This document shows, piece by piece, positions 1-11,115 of a stretch of 64,000 bases of DNA. The stretch is from Burkholderiales bacterium (GTDB taxonomy: Bacteria > Pseudomonadota > Gammaproteobacteria > Burkholderiales > SG8-39), in the NCBI GenBank assembly GCA_036379875.1, contig DASVFV010000120.1:1223-65222 (forward strand), written 5' to 3'. Position numbers and translations under genes: made by a program. Each line of letters starts with the position of its first letter. Position 1 is the first letter of the stretch. A model generated the notes under the pieces. It was not told the origin of the DNA. It saw only the letters and a list, made by a program, of their open reading frames with translations, and ran no database searches.

Positions 1-802
1 AGCGCGGATGCGGAGCGTCGCGCAACGTCGCGCAGTCGCCGAGCGCGAAGACCTCGGGATGCGACACGCTCTGCAGCGTGGCGTGCACCAGCACGAAGCC
101 GCGCGGGTCGGTGGCGAGGCCCGAGCGGCCGAGCCATGGGAGCGGCGCGGGGCCGGTGGCGAGCAGCGCCAGCTCGAACTCCTGGCGCGCGGCGCCGGCG
201 ATCACCACCGGCCCGGGCTCGATCGCGGTGACCGGCATGCCCGGCCGGTAGTCGACCTTGCGCCGCCTTAACTGGCGAATCACCCGCGCAGACAGCTGAG
301 GATGGTCGGAGTAGAGCGTGACCAGCGCGCCGCGGTGGCGCAGCGCCATGGCGAGCTCGGCGCCCGCCACGCCGGCACCCACCACGGCGACGCGCTCGGC
401 GATGCGCAGGCGCGCGAGGAACTCGTCGAACGGCTTGACCGGCAGCGCGTGCTCGGCGCCGGGCACCGAGGCGTCGATCATCGAGCCGCAATTGAGCGAG
501 GCCAGGTCGTAGCCGAGGCTGCGCCCGTCGGCGAGGAACGCGAGGCGCTTTTCCACGTCCAGGCGCTCGACCGTCGCGTACTCGACCTCCACGTAGCCGC
601 GCTCGGCGAGCGCCGCGATGTCGATCTCCGCCTCGGCGCGCCGGTAGTGGCCGGCGAGGATGCCGGGCAGCATGCCGGAATAGACCTGCCGCTGGTGCGG
701 AGTGACGAGCGTAATGCGCGCGCCGTAGAGCGGCTTGTGCGCCAGGCTGCGCAGCACCACGAGGTGCCCATGGCCGGCGCCGATCAGCAGGACGCGCTTC
801 AC
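1..802 (-). CDS. FAD/NAD(P)-binding pyridine nucleotide-disulfide oxidoreductase family protein (3' end outside window)
   Basis: Not in the ORF track because it is truncated and starts with GTG. My reverse-strand translation from GTG (802-800) reads VKRVLLIGAGHGHLVVLRSLAHKPLYGARITLVTPH...RVAVVGAGVAGAELAMALRHRG..., with two GxGxxG dinucleotide-binding motifs and no in-frame stop down to position 2. The start forms a GTGA overlap with the stop of the upstream ligase gene. Confidence 0.7.
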   Translation of the reverse strand, partial: MKRVLLIGAGHGHLVVLRSLAHKPLYGARITLVTPHQRQVYSGMLPGILAGHYRRAEAEIDIAALAERGYVEVEYATVERLDVEKRLAFLADGRSLGYDLASLNCGSMIDASVPGAEHALPVKPFDEFLARLRIAERVAVVGAGVAGAELAMALRHRGALVTLYSDHPQLSARVIRQLRRRKVDYRPGMPVTAIEPGPVVIAGAARQEFELALLATGPAPLPWLGRSGLATDPRGFVLVHATLQSVSHPEVFALGDCATLRDAPHPR

Positions 803-2439
803 GCCTTGTGCGGCTTGCGCTCTTCCAGTTTGCGCAATTCCTTGCGCTGCACCTTGCCGGTGGTGGTCATGGGCAGCGCGTCGATGAACTCGATCTCTTT
901 CGGATACTCGTAGGGCGCGAGGCGGCCGCGCACGTGCGCCTGGATGTTTTCGATCAAGTCTTCGGAGCGGGAAAATCCAGGCTGCAAAACCACGAAGGCC
1001 TTGACCACGGCGCCGCGCGTGGCGTCGGGCTTGCCGATCACCGCCGCGTTCAGCACCGCCGGGTGCTTGACCAGGCAGCTCTCGATCTCGGCCGGGCCGA
1101 TGCGGTAGCCCGAGCTCTTGATCACGTCGTCGGAGCGGCCCTGGTACCAGAGGTAGCCGTCCTCGTCGCGCTTCGCCTGGTCGCCGGTGCAGCCCCAGTC
1201 GCCGATGAACTTGTCCTTCGTGGCCTGCGGATTTTTCCAGTACTCGAGGAAGAACACCGGGTCGGCCTGGCCGTTGAACGAGCGGTGAATCGCGACTTCT
1301 CCCAGTTCTCCCGGTTTTTTTTCAACACCCTCTTCGTCGATTACCGCGACGCGATGCCCGGGGTACGGCCGGCCGATCGAGCCGGGCTTCGCCGGCCACG
1401 CGCTCTGGCAATTGCCCACCACGTAGTTGATCTCGGTCTGGCCGAACATCTCGTTGATGGTCACGCCGAGCTCCTGCTTGGCCCACTCGAACACCGTGAC
1501 GCCGACCGATTCTCCGGCGCTCATCACCGATCGAAGGTTGATCGAGAATTTCTTTCTCGGCTCCGGGAACGCCTTCATCATCAGCTTCAAAGCCGTGGGA
1601 AACAGGAACGAGTTGCGCACCCCGTACTTGTCGAGCAGGTAGTAGGCACGCTCGGCATCGAAGCGCCCGCGGTAGCCGAGGATCGGCATGCCGAACATCC
1701 ACGCCGGCAGCAGCGCGTCCATCAGGCCGCCGGTCCAGGCCCAGTCGGCCGGCGACCAGAACATGTCGCCGGGGCGCGGGAAGAAGTCGTGCGAGTGCAC
1801 GAAGCCCGGCACGTTGCCGATCAGCGTGCGGTGGGCCTTGAGCGCCCCCTTCGGCGGCCCGGTGGTGCCGCTCGTGTAGATGATCAGCGCCGGCTCGTCG
1901 GCCGCGGTGTCCACCGGCGAGAAGCGGGAACTCGCCTTTTCCAAAAGCTTCTTCCACTGGTGCAAGCCGGCTTCCGCCGTGTCCACCGCTATGACGTGCC
2001 GCAGGTGCGTCAGCCGGTCCCGCACCGCGAGGAGGTTCGCGACGGTGGCCGGCTCGACGATCGCGATGGACGCCTCGGCGTGCTCCATGCGGTACTCGAG
2101 CGCGTCGGGGCCGAAGAGATGCGAGAGCGGCAGCGCGATCGCGCCCATCTGGAACACCGCCATGTAGGCGATCGCGGTCTCGGGGCGCTGCGGCAGGATG
2201 ATCGCGACTCTGTCGCCTCTCGCGACGCCCAGCGCCGCGAGAGCGTTCGACAGGCGGTTCGCGGCCTGCTGGATGTCCCAGAACGAGTACGCGGCGGTGG
2301 CGCCCGACTCGTCCTCCCAATAAAGCGCGAAGCGCGTGCGGTCCCCGGCCCAGTTGCCGCAGCAGGCGCGCGCCATGTTGTAGCGCGCGGGCACCTCCCA
2401 CCGAAAGCTTTTATAAAGCTCTTCGTAGCGGTCCTGCAT
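799..2439 (-). CDS. AMP-dependent acyl-CoA synthetase/ligase
   Basis: 546-aa ORF with the adenylate-forming signature IIYTSGTTGPPKG and the C-terminal ...PMTTTGKVQRKELR motif. The composition is not low-complexity. Confidence 0.9.
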   Translation of the reverse strand: MQDRYEELYKSFRWEVPARYNMARACCGNWAGDRTRFALYWEDESGATAAYSFWDIQQAANRLSNALAALGVARGDRVAIILPQRPETAIAYMAVFQMGAIALPLSHLFGPDALEYRMEHAEASIAIVEPATVANLLAVRDRLTHLRHVIAVDTAEAGLHQWKKLLEKASSRFSPVDTAADEPALIIYTSGTTGPPKGALKAHRTLIGNVPGFVHSHDFFPRPGDMFWSPADWAWTGGLMDALLPAWMFGMPILGYRGRFDAERAYYLLDKYGVRNSFLFPTALKLMMKAFPEPRKKFSINLRSVMSAGESVGVTVFEWAKQELGVTINEMFGQTEINYVVGNCQSAWPAKPGSIGRPYPGHRVAVIDEEGVEKKPGELGEVAIHRSFNGQADPVFFLEYWKNPQATKDKFIGDWGCTGDQAKRDEDGYLWYQGRSDDVIKSSGYRIGPAEIESCLVKHPAVLNAAVIGKPDATRGAVVKAFVVLQPGFSRSEDLIENIQAHVRGRLAPYEYPKEIEFIDALPMTTTGKVQRKELRKLEERKPHKA

Positions 2440-2461
2440 GCGGGGATTCTATACTTGCCCC

Positions 2462-3097
2462 ATGGCCGCCGAAGCGTTCGTATTCGATGCGTACGGAACG
2501 CTCTACGACGTGCATTCGGTGGTGCAGCGCTGCGAAAGCTGCTGGCCGGGAAAGGGCGCGGCGCTCTCGCAGCTGTGGCGCGCGAAGCAGCTCGAATACA
2601 CCTGGCAGCGCAGCCTGATGAAGCGCTATGCGCCCTTCTCCACCGTGACGCGCGAGGCCCTCGCGTACGCATGCGAGGCGCTGCGCCTGGAGCTGAGCGT
2701 GGCGCAGATGGAAGGGCTGATGGGCGAGTACCAGCGCCTCTCGCTGTTCCCCGAAGTCCCCGATGCCTTGAAGAAGATAAAACGTAAGGCGATCCTCTCG
2801 AACGGGTCGCCCGACATGCTGCTGCCGCTGGTGCAGAACTCCGCCCTGCAGCTCGACGCGGTGATCAGCGTCGACGAGCTGAAGGTCTACAAGCCGGCGC
2901 CGCAGGTCTACGCGCTCGCCGAGCAGAGGCTGCAGACGAAGAACATCGGCTTCGTTTCCTCGAACTGCTGGGACGCGCTGGGCGCGAAGTCGTACGGCTT
3001 CACGGTCTACTGGATCAACCGCGCCGGCGCGCCGCTCGACCGCCTCGGCTTCCGGCCCGACCGCGTGCTCTCCTCGCTCGATGAAATTCTGCAGTAA
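2462..3097 (+). CDS. Haloacid dehalogenase type II (HAD superfamily)
   Basis: FDAYGTLYDV nucleophile motif, SNG motif and a C-terminal SSNxWD-like motif, typical of L-2-haloacid dehalogenases. I prefer ATG 2462 over the track start at 2438, which overlaps the divergent ligase start. Confidence 0.85.
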   Translation: MAAEAFVFDAYGTLYDVHSVVQRCESCWPGKGAALSQLWRAKQLEYTWQRSLMKRYAPFSTVTREALAYACEALRLELSVAQMEGLMGEYQRLSLFPEVPDALKKIKRKAILSNGSPDMLLPLVQNSALQLDAVISVDELKVYKPAPQVYALAEQRLQTKNIGFVSSNCWDALGAKSYGFTVYWINRAGAPLDRLGFRPDRVLSSLDEILQ

Positions 3098-3608
3098 CTG
3101 CGCGGCGCCGGTCGCGCAGCGCGTGCCGCCCGGCGACAACCTGCCGCGCTGGGTGTGCGACCAGTGCGGCGAGATCCACTACGAGAATCCGAAGCTGGTG
3201 GTCGGCACGATCCCGGAGTTCGAGGGCAAGGTGCTGCTCTGCCGGCGCGCCATCGAGCCGCGCTACGGCTACTGGACGCTGCCCGCGGGCTTCATGGAGA
3301 ACGACGAGAGCACCGCGCAGGCCGCGCTGCGCGAGACCCTGGAGGAAGCCGGCGCGCAGGTCGAGCTCGGCGCGCCTTTCACCCTCCTCTCGGTGCCGCG
3401 CGTGAACCAGGTGCACCTCTTCTATCGCGCGCGGGTGCTCGCGCTCGAGTTCAAGCCCGGCGAGGAATCGCTCGAGGTGGCGCTCTGGGAAGAAGCGCGC
3501 ATCCCGTGGAAGGACATCGCGTTCCGCACCGTGGGCCTCACGCTCAAGCGCTGGCTCGCCGACCGCGCGGGCGGCGCTTTCGGCTTCCATGCGGAGGACA
3601 TAGAATAG
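3081..3608 (+). CDS. NUDIX hydrolase with N-terminal zinc ribbon
   Basis: CSNC...CDQC zinc ribbon followed by the Nudix box GFMENDESTAQAALRETLEEAG. Confidence 0.85.
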   Translation: MKFCSNCAAPVAQRVPPGDNLPRWVCDQCGEIHYENPKLVVGTIPEFEGKVLLCRRAIEPRYGYWTLPAGFMENDESTAQAALRETLEEAGAQVELGAPFTLLSVPRVNQVHLFYRARVLALEFKPGEESLEVALWEEARIPWKDIAFRTVGLTLKRWLADRAGGAFGFHAEDIE

Positions 3609-3633
3609 CCCGCACCAAAAAGGGGAGGCTGGG

Positions 3634-4932
<1,299 letters not shown>

Positions 4933-4937
4933 AGGGC

Positions 4938-5627
4938 ATGGAGCGCCGTGACTTCATCAAGTTCTGCGCGGCTTCGGCGGCCGCGCTCGGCGCCCCCGAG
5001 GTGGGCGCCGACGCGCGCGTGCACCTCTACTCCAGGGCGCGCCTGGTCGACGAGAAAGGCGCGCCGCTGCGCGCCGCGGCGATCCCGGCGAACCGCAACT
5101 TCATCTTCCATTACCCCTACGCCGCCACGCCCTGCTTCCTGCTGAACCTGGGCAAGCCGGTGAAGCCGGTGCAGCTCAAGACCGTGGCCGGCGAGGCGTA
5201 CGAATGGAGGGGTGGCGTCGGCACCCGGCAATCGGTGGTGGCGTATTCCGCCATCTGCGCGCACCGCATGTCCTATCCGACCAAGGACATCAGCTTCATC
5301 AGCTACCGCACCGAGAAGAGCGCGCGCAACAAGCTCGCCAACGTGATCCATTGCTGCTCGGAGCACAGCCAGTACGACCCCGCCCAGGGCGCGCGCGTCC
5401 TGGCCGGACCGGCGCCTCAACCTCTGGCCGCGATCCTCCTGGAACACGACCCGGGAACCGATGAGATTCACGCCGTGGGCACGCTCGGCGGCGAGATGTT
5501 CAACGAGTTCTTCCAGAAGTTCGGCTTCAAGCTCCAGATGGAGCACGCCTCTCCCCAGGCCGCGGTGTCCGGGTCCTGCCTGGTCCAGGAGCTCGACAAC
5601 TACTGCCGACAACAGGTGAAGTGTTAG
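4938..5627 (+). CDS. Tat-exported Rieske-type [2Fe-2S] protein
   Basis: Twin-arginine signal MERRDFIKFCAASAAALGA. CAH...(28 aa)...CSEH matches the Rieske CxH/CxxH ligand spacing. It resembles arsenite-oxidase small-subunit-like Rieske proteins. Confidence 0.7.
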   Translation: MERRDFIKFCAASAAALGAPEVGADARVHLYSRARLVDEKGAPLRAAAIPANRNFIFHYPYAATPCFLLNLGKPVKPVQLKTVAGEAYEWRGGVGTRQSVVAYSAICAHRMSYPTKDISFISYRTEKSARNKLANVIHCCSEHSQYDPAQGARVLAGPAPQPLAAILLEHDPGTDEIHAVGTLGGEMFNEFFQKFGFKLQMEHASPQAAVSGSCLVQELDNYCRQQVKC

Positions 5628-6298
5628 CGTGGCTTGAAGCCAAGGATCCGTTTCCGCCGGTCGAGCGGGCGCTGAAGAATCCCAACGGGCTGCTCGCCGC
5701 CGGCGGCGAGCTGTCGCTCGAGCGCCTGCTCGACGCCTACCGCCGCGGCGTGTTCCCCTGGTACTCCGGCACCGAGCCGGTGCTCTGGTGGTCGCCCGAC
5801 CCGCGCATGGTGCTCTACTGCGACGAGCTCAAGGTGCCGCGCTCGCTCGGCAAGAGCGTGCGCAACAAGGGCTACGAGGTGCGCGTGGACTCGGATTTCG
5901 CCGGGGTGCTGGAGGGCTGCTCCGACCGCCCGCAGACCTGGCTCGGCGCGGAGATGCGCAAGGCCTACCTGCGCCTGCACCGCGCCGGTTACGCGCATTC
6001 GTTCGAGACCTGGCGCGACGGCGATCTGGTCGGCGGCCTGTACGGGGTGGCGATCGGGCGCATGTTCTATGGAGAATCCATGTTTTCGCGCGCGACGGAC
6101 GCGTCCAAGGTGGCGCTGGTCGCGCTGGTCCGGGAACTCCAGGGGCGCAATTTCCCTCTCATCGACTGCCAGATGCACACCCCGCTCCTCGCCTCGCTCG
6201 GCGCCCGCGACATCCCGCGGCGCGCCTTCCTGCGCGAAATGACGGCGCTGGTAAACTACCCCGCGTCTCCTGGAAAGTGGAGCCGTGTCAAGACTTAA
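5621..6298 (+). CDS. aat: Leucyl/phenylalanyl-tRNA--protein transferase
   Basis: GTG start. Contains [23 protein letters not shown] and YGESMFS motifs typical of Aat. Confidence 0.9.
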   Translation: MLAWLEAKDPFPPVERALKNPNGLLAAGGELSLERLLDAYRRGVFPWYSGTEPVLWWSPDPRMVLYCDELKVPRSLGKSVRNKGYEVRVDSDFAGVLEGCSDRPQTWLGAEMRKAYLRLHRAGYAHSFETWRDGDLVGGLYGVAIGRMFYGESMFSRATDASKVALVALVRELQGRNFPLIDCQMHTPLLASLGARDIPRRAFLREMTALVNYPASPGKWSRVKT

Positions 6299-7013
6299 CG
6301 ATCTACCGCATGCGGTCCTGCAGTTCTACGTAACTGCGCCCTACCCCTGCAGTTACCTCCCGGACCGCATGGCGCGCTCGCAGGTCGCGACGCCGAGCCA
6401 CCTGATCAATACCGAGCTGTACGGGGATCTGGTCAAGGCCGGCTTCCGCCGCAGCGGCATCTTCACGTACCGCCCGCATTGCGATGCGTGCCGCGCCTGC
6501 GTGCCGGTGCGCATCCCGGTCGGGCAGTTCGACGCCAACCGCTCGCAGCGCCGCGCCTGGAAGCAGCACCACACGCTCACCGCGCATCCGCAGCCGCTCA
6601 AGTTCCGCCTCGAGCACTACGCGCTCTACCTGCGCTACCAGTCCAAGCGCCACTCCGGCGGCGGCATGGACAACGACAGCCGCGATCAGTACTCGCACTT
6701 CCTGCTGCAGAGCCGCGTGGACACGCGCCTCATCGAGTTCCGCGACGCCGGCCAGCTCGTCATGGTGTCGATCGTCGACTACCTGCCCGACGGCCTGTCC
6801 TCCGTCTACACCTTCTACGAGCCCGACCGGCGCAACGCGAGCTTCGGCACCTACAACGTGCTGTGGCAGATCGAGCAGTGCCGGGCGCTCGCGCTGCCCT
6901 ACCTGTACCTGGGCTACTGGATCCGCGAGAGCCCGAAGATGGCCTACAAGTCGAAGTTCGAGCCGATCGAAGGCTTCGTCGGCGGCAGCTGGCGCCGACT
7001 CGGCCGCGTTTGA
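6285..7013 (+). CDS. bpt: Arginyl-tRNA--protein transferase (bacterial Bpt/Ate)
   Basis: GTG start. [15 protein letters not shown]...[15 protein letters not shown] is typical of Bpt. Canonical aat-bpt gene pair. Confidence 0.9.
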   Translation: MSRLNDLPHAVLQFYVTAPYPCSYLPDRMARSQVATPSHLINTELYGDLVKAGFRRSGIFTYRPHCDACRACVPVRIPVGQFDANRSQRRAWKQHHTLTAHPQPLKFRLEHYALYLRYQSKRHSGGGMDNDSRDQYSHFLLQSRVDTRLIEFRDAGQLVMVSIVDYLPDGLSSVYTFYEPDRRNASFGTYNVLWQIEQCRALALPYLYLGYWIRESPKMAYKSKFEPIEGFVGGSWRRLGRV

Positions 7014-8002
7014 GCCTCTACCGGCTCTCCCGCCCCCTCCTTTTTTCGCTCGATCCCGAAACCGCGCACCGGCTCGGCCTGCGGCTGAGCGCCCTCGCGT
7101 TCCAGAAGCCGGTCCACGCGCCGCTGCGCGCCATGGGAATCGACTTCCCGAACCCGGTGGGCCTCGCCGCCGGCCTCGACAAGGACGCCGCGCACATCGA
7201 CGGCCTGGCGCGCATGGGCTTCGGCTTCATCGAGGTCGGCACCGTCACGCCGCGCCCGCAGCCGGGTAACGCGCCGCCCCGCCTGTTTCGAATTCCCGAG
7301 AAAGAAGCCCTCATCAACCGGTTCGGCTTCAATAACGTGGGCGTGGACGCTTTCCTGCAGAACGTGGCGCGCGCGCGCTGGCGCGGCGTGCTCGGCATCA
7401 ACATCGGCAAGAACGCCACCACGCCCGCGGAGCAGGCGGCGGACGACTACGCATACTGCCTGGAGCGCGTCTACGGGGCCGCGTCCTACGTGACCGTCAA
7501 CATCTCGTCGCCCAACACCGCCGGGCTGCGCGCGCTCCAGGAAAAGCAGGCCGTCGAAGCGCTGCTTTCGCGTCTCGCGAGAAGGCGCGAGGTCCTGGCC
7601 AGGAGCTACCGCAAGCGCGTGCCCCTCGTGCTCAAGGTCGCCCCGGACCTGGATGCGGCTGGAATCGAGGCCATCGCCGAAGCGGTGCGCGCTTACGGCA
7701 TCGACGGGGTGATCGCCACCAACACCACGACTTCGCGCGAGGGCGTCGAGAACCTGCCGCACGCGAACGAAGCCGGCGGCCTGTCGGGCGCGCCGGTGCT
7801 CGCGAAATCGACCCACGTGCTGCGCGAGCTGCGCCGGCTGCTGCCCGACATCACGCTGATCGGCGCGGGCGGCATCCTGTGCGGCGACGACGCGAGGCAG
7901 AAGCGCGAAGCCGGCGCGAACCTCGTCCAGCTCTACACCGGCCTCATCTACCGCGGACCGCGGCTCGTGCCCGAATGCGCCTCGGCATTCCTCGGGAAGT
8001 AA
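7010..8002 (+). CDS. pyrD: Dihydroorotate dehydrogenase (quinone), class 2
   Basis: The recognisable PyrD sequence begins at [22 protein letters not shown] (TTG 7010, overlapping the bpt stop). It continues with [18 protein letters not shown] and NISSPNT. The 507-aa track ORF upstream of this point is a shadow frame of bpt. Confidence 0.85.
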   Translation: MSLYRLSRPLLFSLDPETAHRLGLRLSALAFQKPVHAPLRAMGIDFPNPVGLAAGLDKDAAHIDGLARMGFGFIEVGTVTPRPQPGNAPPRLFRIPEKEALINRFGFNNVGVDAFLQNVARARWRGVLGINIGKNATTPAEQAADDYAYCLERVYGAASYVTVNISSPNTAGLRALQEKQAVEALLSRLARRREVLARSYRKRVPLVLKVAPDLDAAGIEAIAEAVRAYGIDGVIATNTTTSREGVENLPHANEAGGLSGAPVLAKSTHVLRELRRLLPDITLIGAGGILCGDDARQKREAGANLVQLYTGLIYRGPRLVPECASAFLGK

Positions 8003-9006
8003 AGGACGGCGAGTTCCGGGTCGCTTTGTCGCCCCAGGCGATTCGCGGCCTTGCCGTGGTTGTCGAACCCGGCGCCGGGGCCGGCGTTGGTTTCACCGAT
8101 GATCAGTACCTCAAAGCAGGCGCCACGCTGGGCGACCCGTGGCAGTGCGAGCTGGTCGTCAAGGTGAAGGAGCTGCAGGAATCGGAGTACGAGAAGCCGC
8201 GCGCGGGCCAGATCATCTTCGGCTTCCAGCACTTCGGCCCCGATCCCGAGCTGCTCGACGCCGCGCTCGCCTCCGGGGCGACCTTCATCGCGTTCGAGAC
8301 CGTCGGCCAGTCGAGCGGCCTGCCGATCCTGTCCCCCATGTCGGCGATCGCCGGCCGGCTCGCGGTGCAGATGGGCGCCTGGTGCCTGCTCAAGCAGAAC
8401 GGCGGCAGCGGCGTGCTGCTCCCGGGCCTCGAGGGCGTGCCGCCCGGCAAGGTCGTGATCCTCGGCGCGGGCAACGTCGGGTCCAACGCGCTGGCAGTCG
8501 CGCATGGCATCGGCGCCGACGTGACGGTGTTCGCGAAATCGGCCAAGCGCTTTCCAAGTTTGAAACCCCAACATCCGCGCGCACGTTTTTCCACGGAGAA
8601 GCCGGCAGTGCGAGATGCCGATCTCATCGTGGCCGGTGTACTGACCCCCGGCCAGATGTCGCCCAAGCTCATTACGCGCGCCATGCTGCGCGAGATGCGG
8701 CCCGGGTCCGCGTTCGTCGACGTGGGCATCGACCAGGGCGGCGTGGCGGAGACGTCGCGCCCGACCTCGCACAGCGCGCCGACCTTCGTCGAGGAAGGCG
8801 TGGTGCACTACTGCGTGCCGAACATGCCGGCTGCCTGCGCGCGCACCGCGAGCCTCGCGCTCGAAGCCGCCGTCCTGCCTTTCGTTCAAAAGCTCTTGAA
8901 CGGAGAAACCGACGCGGATCTGCGCACCGGCATCCAGGTCAAGGCCGGGAAAGTCACCCACGAGCAGCTCGCACGCGACACCGGCAGGGCATACTCGGGG
9001 CTGTGA
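7975..9006 (+). CDS. Alanine dehydrogenase-family protein (shortened variant)
   Basis: [20 protein letters not shown] start, Rossmann motif [21 protein letters not shown] and VHYCVPNMP motifs. About 343 aa from ATG 7975. The track N-terminal extension is Arg-rich and overlaps pyrD. Confidence 0.75.
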   Translation: MRLGIPREVKDGEFRVALSPQAIRGLAVVVEPGAGAGVGFTDDQYLKAGATLGDPWQCELVVKVKELQESEYEKPRAGQIIFGFQHFGPDPELLDAALASGATFIAFETVGQSSGLPILSPMSAIAGRLAVQMGAWCLLKQNGGSGVLLPGLEGVPPGKVVILGAGNVGSNALAVAHGIGADVTVFAKSAKRFPSLKPQHPRARFSTEKPAVRDADLIVAGVLTPGQMSPKLITRAMLREMRPGSAFVDVGIDQGGVAETSRPTSHSAPTFVEEGVVHYCVPNMPAACARTASLALEAAVLPFVQKLLNGETDADLRTGIQVKAGKVTHEQLARDTGRAYSGL

Positions 9007-9338
9007 AACGCGCCGCCGTAGCCCTGATCGACGAGAGCCGCTGCATCGGCTGCACGCTGTGCATCGACGCCTGCCCGGTCGACGCGATCGTCGGCGCCGC
9101 GCAGCTCATGCACACGGTGGTCGAGCCGTGGTGCATCGGCTGCGAGCTGTGCGTGCCGCCCTGCCCGGTCGACTGCATCGCCATGATTCCGGCGCGCGGC
9201 GAGTGGAACGCGACGCTCAAGCGCGCCGCCGGCCGGCGCGGCCTGGCGCGCCGCGTGCGGCTCGAGCAGGCGAAGGTCGTCGAGCGCCCGGTGGACCGCG
9301 GCGAGGTGCTGGCGAGGATCCTCAAGAAGCGCGCATGA
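9003..9338 (+). CDS. 4Fe-4S dicluster ferredoxin (RnfB C-terminal-like)
   Basis: GTG 9003 overlaps the upstream stop (GTGA). Two CxxCxxCxxxCP motifs ([24 protein letters not shown]). This is the conserved position upstream of nth. Confidence 0.8.
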   Translation: MKRAAVALIDESRCIGCTLCIDACPVDAIVGAAQLMHTVVEPWCIGCELCVPPCPVDCIAMIPARGEWNATLKRAAGRRGLARRVRLEQAKVVERPVDRGEVLARILKKRA

Positions 9339-9970
9339 ACCCGCAGAAGCGGCGCGAGATCTTTCGTCGGCTCGAGGCCGCGAATCCGAATCCCACGACC
9401 GAGCTCAGCTACAGCACGCCGTACGAGCTCCTGGTTGCCGTCGTGCTTTCTGCGCAAGCCACCGACAAATCGGTGAACCTGGCGACCGCCGAGCTGTTCA
9501 AGGCAGCCAATACGCCGCAAGCCATGGTGAAGCTCGGGGTGCCCGGACTGGAGCAGTACATCAAGCGGATCGGCCTGTACCGCATGAAAGCCAAGAACGT
9601 CGTGGCGCTCTCGAAGATGCTGCTCGACGAGCACTGCGGCGCGGTGCCGCAGAACCGCGAGGCGCTCGAGCGCCTGCCCGGGGTCGGGCGCAAGACCGCC
9701 AACGTGGTGCTGAACACCGCCTTCGGCCAGCCGACCGTGGCCGTGGATACGCATATTTTCCGGGTCGCGAACCGGACAGGACTGGCCCCCGGAAAAGATG
9801 TCGTTGAGGTGGAGAACAAATTGTTGAAATTCACTCCGCCCGAGTACCTGAAGAACGCGCACCACTGGCTGATCCTGCACGGGCGCTATGTCTGCCTGGC
9901 GCGCAAGCCGGGCTGCCCGCAGTGCCTGATCCGCGACCTGTGCGAGTTCCGGCCGAAGACCAAAGCCTGA
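9335..9970 (+). CDS. nth: Endonuclease III
   Basis: ATGA overlap with the ferredoxin gene. HhH-GPD motif [13 protein letters not shown] and C-terminal Fe-S loop [17 protein letters not shown]. Confidence 0.93.
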   Translation: MNPQKRREIFRRLEAANPNPTTELSYSTPYELLVAVVLSAQATDKSVNLATAELFKAANTPQAMVKLGVPGLEQYIKRIGLYRMKAKNVVALSKMLLDEHCGAVPQNREALERLPGVGRKTANVVLNTAFGQPTVAVDTHIFRVANRTGLAPGKDVVEVENKLLKFTPPEYLKNAHHWLILHGRYVCLARKPGCPQCLIRDLCEFRPKTKA

Positions 9971-10395
9971 TGTTCAACCCGACGCGCGAGCAAGTCCGCG
10001 AGATGTTCTTCGAGACCTGGCGCAAATACCGCGCCGGGGCGCCGATCGCGGGCATCGAGACCATCGCGCTCGACGTGATCCTCGCGCACCCGGAGTACCA
10101 CGCGGCGCTCGAGGACCCGCAGCGCACGCGCGAGCGCGACTACGTCGACGAGTCGAACCCCTTCCTGCACATGAGCCTGCACCTCGCCCTCGAGGAGCAG
10201 CTCTCGATCGACCAGCCGCCCGGCATCGCAGGGCATTTCGAATCGCTGGTCCTGAAGTACCAGGACCGGCACGCGGCGCTGCACGAGGCGCTCGAATGCC
10301 TCGCGGAAACGGTGTGGCGCGCGCAGCGCGACAACGCGCCGCCCGATGCGGCCGCCTACCTCGAGTGCCTTGCGGTGCGCGCGCTACGCAAGTAG
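9970..10395 (+). CDS. DUF1841-like conserved protein
   Basis: ATG 9970 overlaps the nth stop (TGATG). 141 aa ([21 protein letters not shown]...NPFLHMSLHLALEEQ), recognised as DUF1841-type from memory. Confidence 0.65.
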   Translation: MFNPTREQVREMFFETWRKYRAGAPIAGIETIALDVILAHPEYHAALEDPQRTRERDYVDESNPFLHMSLHLALEEQLSIDQPPGIAGHFESLVLKYQDRHAALHEALECLAETVWRAQRDNAPPDAAAYLECLAVRALRK

Positions 10396-10506
10396 CGCGC
10401 CCGTGACAGGAGCGGAACTGAGCCGGAGGGACTAATTGCCCCTCGGAGCAGCCGGAATATTCGCAAGCGCATCATCGGCTCGAACAACGAACGAGAGATC
10501 CCCGCC

Positions 10507-11112
10507 ATGAACGAACGCTTGTCCATCCCGGCACTTTTCATGGCGGCCTGCGCGATCGCGGCGATCGCCTGGTGCGCGCCGGCGCGGCCCGCGGACCTCT
10601 CCGAATCGATCATCCTGGTGGCGAAGCGCCAGCTGCACGACAAGCTGTACGGCTCGACGATCCTCATCGCGCGCCCGATCGGCGCCGAGCGCCACGTCGG
10701 CTTCATCCTCAACAAGCCGACCCAGATGACGCTCGGCAAGCTGTTTCCCTCCCACGGGCCTTCGCAGAAGGTGCTCGATCCGGTGTTCCTCGGCGGGCCG
10801 GTGAGCCCGGAGGTGATCTTCGCGCTGGTGCAGGGCAAGGAGAGCCCGGGCGGGCGCTCGATCCGCATCCTCGACGACCTCTACCTCGCGATCGACAGCG
10901 ACGTGGTCGATCGCGTGATCGAGAACCGCCCCGCGCAGGCGCGCTTCCTCGCCGGCATGGTGCTGTGGCGCCCGGGCGAGCTCAACGAGGAAGTGCGCCG
11001 CGGCCTGTGGTTCCTGGTCGACCCGAAAGCCGACCTGGTGCTGCGCAAGCAGACCGAAAACCTCTGGGAAGAGCTGGTCGCGCGCTCCGAGCGGAAGGCG
11101 AACGCGATTTAA
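10507..11112 (+). CDS. YqgE/AlgH (UPF0301) family protein with N-terminal signal-like segment
   Basis: GFILNKP, FLGGPV and ...WRPGELNEEVRRGLW match the AlgH family layout. The N-terminus IPALFMAACAIAAIAWCAPARPA looks like a Sec signal peptide. Confidence 0.75.
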   Translation: MNERLSIPALFMAACAIAAIAWCAPARPADLSESIILVAKRQLHDKLYGSTILIARPIGAERHVGFILNKPTQMTLGKLFPSHGPSQKVLDPVFLGGPVSPEVIFALVQGKESPGGRSIRILDDLYLAIDSDVVDRVIENRPAQARFLAGMVLWRPGELNEEVRRGLWFLVDPKADLVLRKQTENLWEELVARSERKANAI

Positions 11113-11115
11113 GAA

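Noticed and set aside
808-2787. A 659-aa plus-strand ORF. Similar very long ORFs occur at 21861-24140 (759 aa), 47060-49030 (656 aa), 32313-34028, 36869-38110, 53635-55131, 56255-57571 and elsewhere.
   Set aside because: They are Arg/Ala/Gly/Pro/His-rich, low-complexity translations lying antisense to or out of frame with ORFs that carry clear family motifs. This is typical of stop-poor shadow frames in very GC-rich DNA.
6479-8002. A 507-aa ORF that would give PyrD a ~175-aa N-terminal extension.
   Set aside because: The extension overlaps bpt in another frame and is Arg/Pro-rich. Recognisable PyrD sequence begins at TTG 7010, exactly at the bpt stop.
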